From Anthoceros angustus (Eukaryota; Plantae; Anthocerotophyta), in NCBI GenBank assembly GCA_010909165.1, contig VJWM01000011.1, forward strand, positions 558,001 to 622,000: a stretch of 64,000 bases of DNA. The letters are read 5' to 3'. Below the pieces are notes generated by a model. The model had not been told where the DNA came from. It did no database searches and was given only the letters and a program-made list of their open reading frames with translations. The position numbers and the translations under genes are program-made. Positions 37,199-54,199 of this stretch are shown here, piece by piece (position 1 is the stretch's first letter; each line of letters starts with the position of its first letter).

Positions 37199-38535
37199 TA
37201 TAGGAAATTAGGCAAAAAAGATCTGATGTGAGGGTTAGAGGAGCAAGAAAAATTGTTATCTAGGAGTGAGCACTCAATCGGTCTTATGTTGTATGCTACC
37301 TCTTGGTGAAGAGCTGTCAGTCTCCTCCAAACCGTGTGTGTCCCTAACTACCATGCTGGCTAACAGCTCTACTGCCAAGATCTAATATCAACAGGCTCAG
37401 CAACCGAGCGGGCCTTCGTGGCCCTGATCACAAAGTCGAAAAGCTGTGCCGTGAAAGTGCTCATGGGACTACATCAACAAGCTCAGCAACCGATCGGGCC
37501 TTCGCGGCCCCCGACCACGAACTCCCGGTCACCTGTCGAGGTGGCGCTCCAGGTGGCTCGTACGCCACGTTGGAGTTGTAAGTGGGTGGACACAGCCACT
37601 TGGCATGTTAAGGGGCTGAAACTTCGGGAAACTTGAGGATGTCCCAAACAACATGCCATAGAATTGATAGAATTTTTTCATATTTCATGTCGAAACACAC
37701 GTCGAAACCGGAGTGCGTGTTTCAATTCACCATATTTTGCATACCCAGCAATCAAGGCATTCCGTGTCACCACATCCTTTGTGACCAAGTTGTCAAAAGC
37801 CCGCCGTACAGCGAGCAGCTATAAATGTGCACAAGGCAGGCAACCACATGTATGTCATCCAGCGGTTCATAAATGTGCACAAGGCAAGCAACCACTTCGG
37901 ACCAGTGTAGCATCTTCGATTCCTCTCACCACCTTCTTGCCACCTGTCCTCAGTTCGGTCGGCTCTTTGTCATAGCTTCTGCTCTTATTTCCCATGCCAT
38001 CATCAACCCCTCCCTTTTCCGAGTTGTCTGGTGGCCCCCTCGTCCATTCCCGCCTTCGATTGGCTCCCCTTCGCAGGAAGCCTCTGTAGTCGGCGCTTGG
38101 GGGGAGGTAGCACGGGAGCAAGCACCTCTGCAAGTGAAGTGGCCACAGCTCGCCGTCCATGTGAACCTCTTCATCCTGGCCATCGATATGAGGGGGAGCC
38201 ACCCACTCGAGAAGAATCGACATTATGATTATGCGAAGACCGAGAGTCTACGGCGCGCTCAAGATTTTGATCAGGACTTTGCGTCCTGAGCTACCAGGAA
38301 GGAGACTGATGCCCATTTTGGTAACATGTTGCATCTGAGAAGGAGTATTAGAATATGCAAACATCTCTTGTTAGCAGAGCTGTTAGCCAGCATGGCAATT
38401 GGGGACACACACTGTTTGGAGGAGACTCACACCAAGAGGCAACATGCACCATAAGAGCAATTGAGTGCTCACTCTTGGATAACAATTCTTCCTTCTCCTC
38501 TAACCCTCACATCAGATCCTGCCTAATTTCCTATA
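37199..38535. mobile_element. ~170-bp inverted repeats (37199-37380 / 38376-38535) enclosing captured fragments including a PPR piece
   Basis: tataggaaattaggca..gatctgatgtgagggttagag versus its reverse complement; inner 37715-37800 (-) encodes RAFDNLVTKDVVTRNALIAGYAKYGELK; no TSD found. Confidence 0.6.
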
Positions 38536-38626
38536 GTTGATGTAGTCCCATGAGCATCTACTTCAAGCAAAACAAGTCCGTTGTTGGCCAGCTTGCTGGT
38601 GTCCTTCTCCGCCAAGGTGTAGGTGT

Positions 38627-38803
38627 GGAAGCCGTGCCTCCCTCGTACGCTTGGAAAGATCTTGTCATTAGGATGCTCATTGGTGGAAGTCGTGCCTCAC
38701 TCGTACGCGTGGAAAGATCTTGTCATTAGGATGCTCATTGGTGGAAGCCGTGCCTCCCTCGTGCGCTTGGAAAGATCTTGTCATTAGGATGCTCATTGGT
38801 GGA
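38627..38803. repeat. 58-bp tandem repeat x3
   Basis: ggaagccgtgcctccctcgtacgcttggaaagatcttgtcattaggatgctcattggt at 38627, 38685, 38743. Confidence 0.95.
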
Positions 38804-40495
38804 AAGTCAAGCCCTTTGTTGAAGTCGGTATGACACTCTGCCAGAGGGGATCAGTATAGTTAGACTGATGAGCACCCTCATTGTCGAAGGCATTGTAGGA
38901 GTGCTTATAGTGGTGATGGCTGAATTACCCGTTGGTGGCTGTGAAGGCGAGTCCGTGCCATCGGGCTCCAGAAGTTCTATGGTGGTCTCCAGGAACTCAA
39001 CGAAGTGTTCCTAGAGGATGCAACGCAGCCGGATGGTAGCTGCAGATCGTATCCCGAGTCGAAGGGCTGCGAACCCGAGCTGACATTGCCGTTGTCGGTC
39101 GTCATGCATGCAAATTGAGCAGCGTCATAGCAAGCTCCAGCTCCAAATGGCTTAGATCAAATGGTCACACATTTATAAGAACGCCGTAATTAAGCTCCAA
39201 AGACCAAATGGTCACACATGTACAAAAACACTGTAATTAAGCATCTTAGATGGGGTGCCTAAAGGGAGTGGATGCCCTTGGTGCAAGTAGCTTAGGCACA
39301 CCACGGTACAAGTTGTTGAGTACTAAGTCCCATGACGAAAATCCGTCCTTAGTGGACTTAAATAAAATTCTTCTTCTTCTTCCTCCTCCTCCCGGTTGCG
39401 CGGCCCGATCACCTTGCCGAGCTGGCACGTTAGGTGGCTGCGTCCGCCACGCTGGAGTTTTAAAAGTAGGTGGACAAAATAGGTTGCAGTGTGAAGGAGG
39501 GACATTATTAAAAAAAAAAGGTGAAACTTCTGACTGTCCCAAACGGCATGCCGTACAATTCGACATATTCTATATTTCATGTTGAAGCACACTCTCCTTC
39601 CTCTCTTCCCCTCTCTTGGAATCAACAGAATCGGATTGCGATGAACCCAGGTCAGCTTTTGGGGCCTCGGTTTTGTGAGAGGAATCGAGCAGGAAATTTG
39701 TGGCCTCGTCTCCGCCATGTCACGTGAGCTGGAGGTTGAGGCGGCGGAGCAGCCTCTCACGCGTAGTCTCTGGAGACTGGGGCGGCTCAGGTTCCCTCGC
39801 TCCCAGTGCTGGAACAGCACGGGCATGCAGCGGCAAGACCATGGCGTTGAGTGGAATCTGCCTACCTAGGACATCCTTGATGTGCCTGCTGGTGAAGGCA
39901 TGTACTGGTCGAACAGACCCACGGTTCTAAAGCCCCGGAAGCCTATGCTCTCCGATTACTTGGAGTACGTCGCTCTTTGGTAGCCAATTTCGGCATGCGT
40001 CGTCGAGCTTGGTTGAGCCCAACTTCCAGCTTCCCAGAGGTGGACATTGGGGCCTGCAATAGACTGAAATCCAGAAATTGGAGTCGTGACAGAGCAAGTG
40101 TAGAGAAAAAAAATGGTAAGGAAGAGCAGGGACGTACGGGACTTGCTTGTTGGGGAGGAGGGCCAATTCCGTTGCCGATGTGAGGCAGGGTTGTGAAGCC
40201 CATCCTCGTCCTTCAAACGCACAGCTCCAGCAGGGTTCCACAAGAGAGCAAATTCGATAGCCGAGAAACACTGCCAGGACGATTAGTGTTTGGTTGTTGG
40301 AGGGACTGGCCAATACGAACCATAGCAACCATTTCTCGTGCTTCCCACCCTCTCAAGCTTCAGGCCTCTATCTCACGACGAGCTGTAAACCGCTTTGCAA
40401 AAAAGGAAAGACCCCAACGATAAACCACAAGTTTCGAACCGAACAGAAGGCAGTACATACGGTACGCCGAAAGTGATTGATTTTGTGCCTGCGCT

Positions 40496-42084
40496 ATGGG
40501 TGCCTCCTCCTTCTCTGGCCTCTCTCCCCAACAAGTTGCCTTCTTCGACTCTCAAGGTGTGTGATGTTCCTGTGCCCGAGTCCAAACTTCTGAGCTGAAA
40601 CTCTGTCAATTCTGGGCGTAAATTTCCGGTGCCCCTGAGGAGTAGGTTACCTTGTGCTGGAAGACTTTGCAAGTCGGGAGGAATGTGAAACCTTAATTCG
40701 GAGGATGGAGACTTTGGTGGACAACTTTGATCCCTCCACCATATCCATCTTCACTTCAGACGACAAGGTTCGGGTTCACTTCCTTCGCTTGCTGGATATC
40801 ATGCACAGGTTGTGCGGTCTGAGCGAGTCTGGTGTCTTTTGTGCAGAAGAGCAGTCTGGACTCTTACTTTTGGGACAGTGCCAACAACATCTCCTTCTTC
40901 TTCGAGGGTGAGGACCAGATTCTGAACTCGTTCCGGGAGCTTACACCGGGGGTAACCTGAATTGGGTTTATGTGCTTCTGCAGAAAAGGCGTTTGATGAA
41001 CAGGGTGTTCTGAAGCAGCCTAAGGTGCTGTCAATCAATAAAGTTGGTCACGGTAAGCTGTGTGGATGCCTGGCAACTCGCTCTTCGTCCTGGGCCGGTA
41101 TCATTTCGTACGTTATGCACTCCGGTGGCCTTGACAACCCATGGCTTTGCTTGCTGCGTGACCGACCGTAGCTCTCCACGACCTTGATCCAGTGTTCCAC
41201 AAATACAGCTACTCTGATGCTGTTAAAGCTCTGCTAGTATCGTTGAGATACAGGAAGCCAGGACTAATCCAGTCCATGTACATATTCAAGGTGAGGGAGT
41301 TGCCGGCAAACGCAAGTGTATCCATGAAGTGGCAGTTTGACTCACTCGATGTAATGTCCAGCAACCTGGCATAGGCGGGGAGGTTGTTCCTCATCAAGAC
41401 AGCACGTTTTTGTACACCAACCCGTCTTCGTGCATAGGATTGTGGCAGGCTTTGGAAGATGCCAACGTGGACAATGGCTGTCTGTATGTCCTGCCGCAAT
41501 CACACAAAGGTTACTCAAGTACTGGCCTTGCTCCTGCACATCCCTTGCCTTTCCCTTCTCTTGGGCTCTAAAACGTTCCTTTCTTCTGAATCATACTCTT
41601 GGTTGCTGCAGATGGGCTTTCCAGAAGGTTTATCAGAGACAGTCAAGGACAAAGGTTTGATAAGGAGTCCTCCGCGTATGACAGCTCAAAGTTTATTCCC
41701 CTTGAGGTCAAGGCAGGCTCCTTAGTACTACTGCACGGAGAGCTTGTACATAGAAGGTGCATAAAAGTGGCTTTGCCCCAGAACACCATGGCGTCTTGCA
41801 GTATGTGGCAGAAAATAACCCTTGTGTACTCTTGCAGTTCAGAGAACAAATCCGCTAAATCCAGACACGCTTACAGTGTTCATGCGGTGGAGATGGATCG
41901 CTGCACGTGGGCTGAGGATAACTGGTGAGTTAATCTAGAGCCAACATGGGATGCTTTGTTCGTCCAAGAATATTGACGGGCTTCATCTGTGGGCCAGCAG
42001 ATCCTGACCTTACCTTACGCATACAGGCTGCAGAGGAGCTCGGACTTCCCCCCACAACCCATCAACTTAAACACGTCTGGCTAA
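40496..42084 (+). CDS. Phytanoyl-CoA dioxygenase family (PhyH/PHYHD1-like) 2OG-Fe(II) enzyme, multi-exon
   Basis: [20 protein letters not shown]|[15 protein letters not shown]|ALHDLDP, QSMYIFK|[36 protein letters not shown]. Confidence 0.92.
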
Positions 42085-42822
42085 AGTTCAGCTCGTCTTG
42101 CATTCTGAAACATCCTGATGAGATACAATTTAAGGAGCTCTTGTACAGATGGCAAGGAACGTAACTGGGGAAAGGAAGTTTTTATGGAAGGAAGAGGCCC
42201 CGGAAGACATTGATGCAAGCATGAGATTTTTGCAGAGAGGACATGAAGAAGAAGAAGAATTTTAAGTCTGTATTTAAGTCCACTAAGGACGGATTTCCGT
42301 CATACTTGCACCAAGGGCATCCACTCCCTTTAAGCACCCCATCTAAGTACCGATTCAAGCTCAGGATGCTTAATCACGGCGTTCTTATAAATGTGTGTCC
42401 ATTAGGCCAAATGAATCGATGGAGGGGAGCATCCTGCCAATGTCAGGCTCAGCACTCCTCCAATTAAATTTTCTGGATTTCATTATTATTCATTTTGAAA
42501 ACGATATATCGCGGAAAAGGATGAAAATACGCTTCGGCCTTCTAGGGTTAACACAAGAATGCCCCAGCGGTGTGCCAAGTGTGATGCCCTGCCCGCGGTG
42601 TAGGGAGGCCGCGTGGCGGTGAAAGGGTCATTTGCAACAGAGCTTGGCTCCTGGAGGCTTGTACCGTCTCCATTCACACCACCCGTTAACTGAGAAGGGC
42701 GGCTTCCCCTTGTTAAGGCAACACTCCCGGGACATCCCAAGACTTGCGCTGGTACGAGGAACCAGCTCAGGCAGCAGAATTCCGGTGACTCAATTACGTT
42801 GGAAGATCTGGCGTTGAGAGCG

Positions 42823-46707
<3,885 letters not shown>

Positions 46708-47319
46708 ATTTTCGATGCACTTTCTGGTTAAATGCACCTTGAAGGTTGATCGTTTACAAGCAAACCTCGAAGCTTTTGCCGCACGCTCAAGGAAAGTGCC
46801 ACTAGGTCAGGTGGATGTATTTCGGACAAAGATAAAGTTGCCGAAAGGAATACGGAAATTGCACGTAATCGATACATGGACACATATCCTCGAATTTTGG
46901 CGCTTTATACATTAAATCGCCACCAGTATTCGTATGTGAGCGCCACAGCCAAGTTCCATGAGTGGCACTGGTAGACTGCCTAGAGGTGTTCTACGACCGC
47001 AACAATCCGGTACTGCCAAAACGGTTGGCCATGCGATGCGAGAAACAGGAAGAGCGAGAGCGGCTGGGGAATAAAATTCACCACTTCCAGCAAATCCGCC
47101 ACTGTCTGCGTTTCGACGATTTTTGCTACCAGGGAGCGGCGGGTCAGCGAGCCTTCGTGAATCCTGGCTTCGTGTTACAGAGACCCCTTGCCTCGTTGAG
47201 TCCTTGTCGATGCTCTGCAAGAGCAAACACAGGCGTGCACCGGAGAGGCCGCATGACTAGGAAGGTGGCAGTACAGTATATATACAGATACACATGACCC
47301 CGCAGACATTCAAACAGCC

Positions 47320-49124
47320 TTATGTGTAGCCTCCATGAGTGCCCTTATATTTTCCCATAAGGTACTCCACAAAAATAACAGGAGGATACCTGTACACAAA
47401 TCCGACAAAACATTGATTCTAATAACCACCAGGCATATCTACACCTCTGACGAGGGGAGAAGTGAATAACACGTTGCAGGCACATGACTTTGCAAGCATA
47501 TCAGGCGTCGAGTAAGTGCAAGAATACTTGGGAGGGTTCGATTGACAGGTTGGCAGACACTTCACCACGCAATTGTAATTGGGCTCCACAAAGAAAGCAG
47601 CCTGTGGCGCACAATCCGAAGGAACAAGAAAGTGTTAGATATCTGCCAGCAACGGTCAAAAGCTACTTCTCTGAATTTCTGAGTCTGTCGGAACAAGTAC
47701 CCACGGAGTAACGAACGAAGCCAGGATTCACAACTCGATGTAAAGTTGATCTACAAAAATTCAAAAGACAAAACTCAGACAGTGAGAGCAAATGAGCACT
47801 TTTGTTCTACCCGAAAACTAGCAGATACCTGAAAATATTGTTGCTCCAGCGTTCCACTGCATCTCCGAGGTTCACAATAAAGCCCCTGATATTACCAACT
47901 CAGTAGCAAAACAGAATTCAACCCTGCGTTATATCCAACCATGGTGACCAATGTCAAAAGATCTTGTATGTTGTTGTTACCCTTCAATTGGCGGCACTTC
48001 TGTCCAAACTTGTGGTCTGGCATCCTTATCCATGCAAATCTGTCGTTCAACCAGGCAGTACCTGAAGTCCTGGAACCTTGTCGGTCGCAAGAATGGTAAG
48101 AACGCCCCAATCCGAGTGAGGCCCTGCTCCAATGAGGCCTTCGTCTGGAGCTGATTTTTCAGCTGGTCGCATCACCAGCATGTATTTACCTTGTCAGCCA
48201 TTCCGACTTCTTTTCAACACGCTTGAGGAATGCAGCACAAGAAAATGGCAGTCACCTGTGTATCTCAGCAAACGGAGCACACACATTGGATTGTCAACTT
48301 TCGTAGGCTTGTCAAAGTAGCCGGCATCCAGTCGTAAAGCTAGAGCTATCAACCTCAAAAGCCGCTTTGTCAGCTTCCTGCACATCACACACAAGGTTAC
48401 TAACCGCATGAAGGGCAGAGAAACAAAAACTGTAGAAACTACAACTTACACCATCTGTTCACGATAGTTTTCCATAGTTGGCCGCCACTCCGGCAACAGA
48501 TCTGTCGAATGGTTAGAAGCTGGAGCAGGCAAGGTAATCCAATCCCGACCGCAAACTCTACCTGAAGATGGCCAAACATCAGGGCCATGGAACGGGATTC
48601 GTGCCCGCACATCCTCGTTTGGAATCTCCTCCCCTATGTAGTAACCCTCTTTCAAGTCCCCTGATGGTGGGCATCACAACACTTGTTACGTCAGTCCTTC
48701 CCACATGATTCCACAAACACTCCCCATTGTGCACCACAAGCAACCATTACCTTTAACCTGATTTTCACCGAGCTTCTGGTCCAGGTAAGGTGTGTATCCT
48801 CTGTAATTTCTGTTGTGCATAGACTTCATCTTGTCTTCCAACGGGAGAGTAAAAAATTCCCGCGACTGCTCGAAAAGCTTACAGACCAGCTCCTGATCAA
48901 CTCCATGATTGACTACATAAAAAAACCCGACATCCACACAAGCCTGCAGATCAGGCGAAAGCAAGCGATTTCAGACTCATTTCCCTCAAAAGATTTGAGA
49001 GACAATATTATCTCCTGTTACGAGGAGCACTTGCCTGTCTTACAAGTTCGGCCAAGGCGGCATCGTCAGAACTGGACAAATCGATGCGCTCCACGGCAGC
49101 TGTTGCCGGTAAGAGAGGTTCCAT
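47320..49124 (-). CDS. 2-oxoglutarate/Fe(II)-dependent oxygenase (DIOX_N + 2OG-FeII_Oxy), multi-exon
   Basis: IDLS, ACVDVGFFYVVNHGV, RGYTPY, LRLLRY, GAGPHSDWGVLTIL, FIVNLGD..ERWSN, STLHRVV..RYS; first intron has a GC donor. Confidence 0.92.
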
Positions 49125-49585
49125 CCTTGCAGGCTGACAGCACGCAGTCTGCCAACAGTGTCTTGCTTCCGCTTCTTATTCCAACATTCCAAGCGTGCGG
49201 TCCACTGTCAGTATGTACATATGTACGACTTCCAGGTCTGGAAGAAAGGGAACACGGCAGCAAACAGGATTCCATCCAGTGGGCCTGCACATCGATACCC
49301 GAAGGCCATTAAGACCAAGAGTACGGCCCGTAAGACCACGTCTTAACGGAAACGAACGTCCTCCGGTTTTGGATGTTACATCCCATTCTCATGCCTTATG
49401 CCCAACTGCGCGCCTGCGCCTTACTCACTGTGGGGCACCAGTCCCATCGCCTGCGATAATACTGAACACGGAAGACAGGAGTTCTTTACTCTCCCGCTGG
49501 AAGACAAGATGAAGTTTGGCGCGTGAGCTGTGGGTTAGATTTGTCTTCGTTCTCCCATTAACGCGCCACGGAGATCTGCCTTTCA

Positions 49586-49615
49586 GGCGATGGCGATGGC
49601 GATGGCGATGGCGAT
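49586..49615. repeat. (GGCGAT)5 microsatellite
   Basis: Direct observation. Confidence 0.9.
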
Positions 49616-50969
49616 TGTCATATATCTCGATTCACTGGAATGCTTCGGCTCGCGTCGCCAACTGCATAACAACAAATATTTTTTGTTAGTCCTTTCTGTG
49701 TCGTTCATGCCTTCATGCTTGGGGGTTATGAGAAGGAAATCGGGGCATGGGCTAAGAGGGCATGAACACCAGGACTCGATAGTGGCATCAAGGATTTTAC
49801 CACATTGCGCAAGAGAGACCACAGTGCCTTTTACCGATGGTTCTTGCATGAAGCTAAGAATGGTGGAGAAGTGATGGACTGCTTAATGAAAATTGGTGAA
49901 AGATTTTAACTTGAAAGCCGTCTAGGTATTGATGTCTTAATTAACGTAGGACATCTTGTATCATAATTTGATGATTTTGAGGTGGGTGTACACCAACGCA
50001 ATCCTGAAGACACCCTCTAACCAACATAGATTTTGACACTTGTAACTAATACAGATGTTGACAGCTTGCAACCAATACAAATCTTAATATGGCATCCTAG
50101 ATCACAAATGTTTTTGGAAAAGTTAGCTGATAAAGGCTCTCTTTTGCCACTCTTTTATAAGGGCAAACTCCTTATGTTCATAAAGGTGGCAGTGGCCTTC
50201 CATAGAGCTCGGACTGCTGCAATATCTGTGCCAAACGACACCTGTTTTATGTCCCCAAACTGCGCATAAGGGCCACTAATGGCTTGCAAGCAACTAGTGA
50301 TAAAAGGTGAAATTAAAGTTATGCTAATAAGATTCTTATAAAAAAGCACTCTCTTGCGATAGCTCCACACATCAATCCAATCTTGTTATTATGAGCATTC
50401 AATAACGTCATCGTCCATCCAGTCTACCTTTCTATCGTTAGTGTCTGACATTTCATAATCACTATCTAATAACCTGCTTCTTGTCAGGTTTGTGGGTTTG
50501 GCTGTGGCTTGCCAGTGCATGGAGCCATGTTTTGTTAGAGCTTATCCTACAACGAATTGTGGGAGCGACTTGCATGATACGCTGCTATGGTAGACTGCTG
50601 CTTTATTCTTTGTGCATGAATGGGATGTGCTTTTTATTTCTTCCTTTGCTTTTCTTCTCATCTGATGCTTGATTGACTACTACGGCATGCTTTCGACCCT
50701 ATGTAACATAAATTATTCAAGCTGAATTACTATGCACAAACTGTTCAAGCTGAACCCATGTCAATAATAGCAAGGCTAAGGCATATGATGGATCTCTCGC
50801 ACGGTGACAGTCTAAGGGATAGGAGACCTACGTTTGAGCGTATGAAAACCCTCACATGAGATTCTGTACTCATTATCTTTTTTGAACAGCAGCTAAGCTT
50901 GAAATGACCTGGCTATGTCAGGTAGCTTGCAGTTATGCGATGTAATATAGCAAATCTATCTATCTAAGG

Positions 50970-51680
50970 TCTCGTTGTCCCGCGGGTGGGCAGTGTATCA
51001 TTACGCATGACGCCGTTCGGGACGTCATGTTCTCTATTGCTAGGGAAGGCGGGTTCCTTCCATTTAGGGAGTGCCTTTACTCCCTGCTCAATGAGATTTC
51101 GCTTAGGGCTGATCTATTTTTGACCCGAGGGGATCGGGTTTCGGTAGCTGATGTGGTTGTAACCGATCCCACCCAGGACAGTGTCTGCAAACATGTTATT
51201 CTTAACCCTCCAGGTTGGGCGGCGGAGGGATGTGCGACGGCTAAGGTCCACAAGTACTCTTCTGTGCAGGCAGCCACGCCTTTGTCCCCCTTGCCATCGA
51301 GGCTCACGGAGCCATGGGCAAGGATTTCTCTCGGTTCGTCAAGGTCTGCGCCAAGGCTTATCATAGCCGCAAGAATGGGATTGGCCTCCCCCTTTCTTGT
51401 ATTGTTGCTTTCTTCCGTCATCGGGTTTCCATCGCTCTGCAGAGGGCGTTAACGTTGGCCAACACATAATACAGAACGACAGCGAGCGCGGGAGATGCAG
51501 TTTCTTTGACACCGATGGTAAGTAGACCTTTTCACGTCCCTGACCACGAAGTTCTTCGGCCGGTTGGTAGTTTTGAAATGCGTGATCGTGGGGGCTAGTC
51601 CCCCTGGCATGATGCCCTTCGTTGGGTTTTTCCCCCCTTGTTTTTGGGGTGGATGGGTTTTTCCCATCTCTTTTTTATAA
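50970..51680 (+). mobile_element. 3' fragment of RLE-type (CRE/R2-like) non-LTR retrotransposon
   Basis: C..GGQCIITHDAVRD, RADLFL, ADVVVTDP, AKVHKY, (frameshift) PLAIEAHGAMG, RVSIALQRA: restriction-like endonuclease signature. Confidence 0.75.
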
Positions 51681-52448
51681 TAAGGTCTTCTTTTCCCCTC
51701 TATCTAAGGTCTTAGTCCTTTAGTCTAACTTCACTATTCAACTATTTCTTTTAATTATTCATTTACAATACTCTTTTGATATTGAGCTTCAACTATATAG
51801 GCTATTTTCTAATGGCTATGTGTTTTTCACTTTCAAGTGTGTGATATTTCATGTTTGACACATAATTATCTAGGGACTTGTAATTTTGGTTTTCTAGTAA
51901 ATGGTCCATTAATTAGACCGCATCTTACATCTGGATGTGTGATATAATACTAACCAACTGATGTCACCCATAGGTAAGAGAACTTAATTGGATCATTTTG
52001 AAGCCGGTAAGTGTCCATTCTTTTAGTACTTGAAAAGTACCCTAAACTATTTTTAATATATGAAAACCGGGAATAAGGCAGCAAATGCGACTCTGGCAAA
52101 TAAGGATCTGGCAAATAAGGATTGCAGTGCAGGACTACAATGTATACTTTGAAATATCTATGAACTCCAAATTCATTAAAAAAAATTTCGACTAGTACTT
52201 TATTGCAAAAGAAAAGGGAGATTATAGGAGAGTGCCACACCTCAACGTACCTCGTTATTGGGTAAAGTCAGGGGTTTATTCACATAAATTATAGGAGAGT
52301 GCCACACTTCAACGCGCCTCGTTATTGGGTCAAGTCTGGGGTTCATTTTGACCGGCTACTCTTTTGGTTCCGGGGACCAGCATTTTCCACCTACTCTCGA
52401 TCTTTCACCGGATAGGGGCCGACACTTTTCAGGACTCTTGGTCTGATT

Positions 52449-53411
52449 CCCTACTAGAAATGGCAGCCCATGTTACACTTTATGTTAAGATTTGGATCCC
52501 TGGATGTAACACTTATGTTGCAATTTTGGGGTCATGTAACACTTTTTGGGCCTCTTGTTACACTTTGGGTTGGAAACCAAACCGGAGAGTTTGTTGCAAC
52601 GATGTTGCAATGGTGTTGCAATTATGTTGAGATGAAGTGAGAGGTGCTTTTGTCCTCTCTCAAGATTGCAACAAGATAGCAACATATAAAGTGTTACAAG
52701 AAAAGTCTTGTAACACTTTTGGAGGCTTGGTACCGAACCTCCTCCCCATCTACCTTCCTCCTTTTACTACTGTTACCCTATGGAATACCTAGTTTTACTT
52801 AGTAGTTCCCACAATTATCGTATAGTATATATCGCCATAAATAATACACATATTTTACTAAGAATGTATTCGAATATGTATTTATGTATATGTGTATTCA
52901 TACGAATATGATATACGGTCATATTTCATTTTGTATAAAATAAGCATATACGTCACACGAATAACATACATACTTTGTACACGTCCATGATACGTTTATC
53001 AATTTGTCCTTGAGCACTCAGTGCCTTTTGTGCCTACGAGTTTGTGCTACGCGAACCCATGTTTGCTATGCGCCGGCGTGGGGTTGTTTGGCTCCAAGTC
53101 CTCCCTCCTTCTCTCTCCCCCTAGACAACTGCCTCATGTGGAAAGTGTTACATGAAATTGTAACAAAGGACTGTAACATAAGCAGGTTTTCATAGTACAT
53201 GTTTGAAATCACAAACAATGCTTGTGAGAGAGAGGGTGTACTTAGGAGGGTGAGGTGATGAGAGAGAGCCACGTTCGTGTTAAGATGGTGACAAGCATGA
53301 GAAGGGAATAGTGTCAAACTTAATACCAAGCCTACATAGCACATTGCAATATGGAAGTGTAACATAAAATTGCAACAACGACTGTAACATAGGCTGCCTA
53401 TTCTAGTATGG
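52449..53411. mobile_element. Non-autonomous CACTA-like element (CCCTA/CCATA termini)
   Basis: TIRs CCCTACTAGAAATGGCAGCCCATGTTACA / reverse complement CCATACTAGAATAGGCAGCCTATGTTACA; 3-bp TSD ATT; TGTTACA/TGTAACA subterminal repeats. Confidence 0.75.
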
Positions 53412-53884
53412 ATTTTCCACCCACTCTTGGTTTTTCACCGGATGGGGATCCACACTTTTTGGGACTCTGGGTATCAGTAACCCTAGTAAGTGGGACTATC
53501 GTGGGGCTCGTCATCGAAAATCACATTCGAGCCGACACAGCAATGTATGATAGTCCTTATTTTCGGGCAAAGGTAATAGTGGGGAGTTTTAGTGGGTGAG
53601 AGAGTTTTTTCCATGTATGACAAGCCCTTATTTTCGGGCAAAGGTAATGGTGGGGAGTTTTAGTGGGTGTGAGAGTTTTTCCCAAGTCCCACATAACCTG
53701 CCATGATATCTAGGCACGTATTCATATGACCTTGGGAAGAGTATAGTCCCTTTGTGTTTCAATAATAAGATGTGTAACGCAAGGGAATCTATGTAATGAA
53801 GATTTCTCCCCCGGGTTTGTTTTGATTTATTTTTAAAATACCAAATTAAAAAAAAAATCGAAAATCACAGTCTCAACATCAAAA

Positions 53885-54185
53885 GTTGATGGCTGTCTTG
53901 ACATCTGCCACCTTTCCCGACCCTATGCATGTCTTCGGGCTGGGATGCTACAACCTGGATGGAATTTTAGGGCAAAGCATGTTCGAGGCAGCAAGAAACA
54001 TCCTCACCTCCCTAAGCTTGGAAAACGACCGCACCTACCTCTGGTATGTGGAGCAAAGTACAACAACCCCAGCAGTGTCAGCCAACTGGGCCAGCTCCGC
54101 AAGAGATTCTGTTATGGAGAACACGGAATTGGTGCCATCCTTCCCCTCAATTCCAACCAAATACGCCCTCTCCTCATAAATCTGC
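53885..54185 (-). pseudogene. Two-exon fragment of plastid HflX-type GTPase
   Basis: EERAYLVGIE...ESLAELAQLADTAGVVVLCSTYQR | intron | L*HPSPKTCIGSGKVADVKTAI; in-frame stop; rest of gene absent. Confidence 0.8.
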
Positions 54186-54199
54186 AGTGAGCTGATGGC

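Noticed and set aside
38627-38803. Regular ~60-bp arrays (also 15960-16200 and 36815-37105) as CRISPR-like
   Set aside because: Contiguous tandem units with no unique spacers, in a eukaryotic context with no cas genes
46962-47297. 111-aa ORF with a 17-nt inverted match to the 2OG-oxygenase exon near 47715
   Set aside because: Match too short and no domain signal
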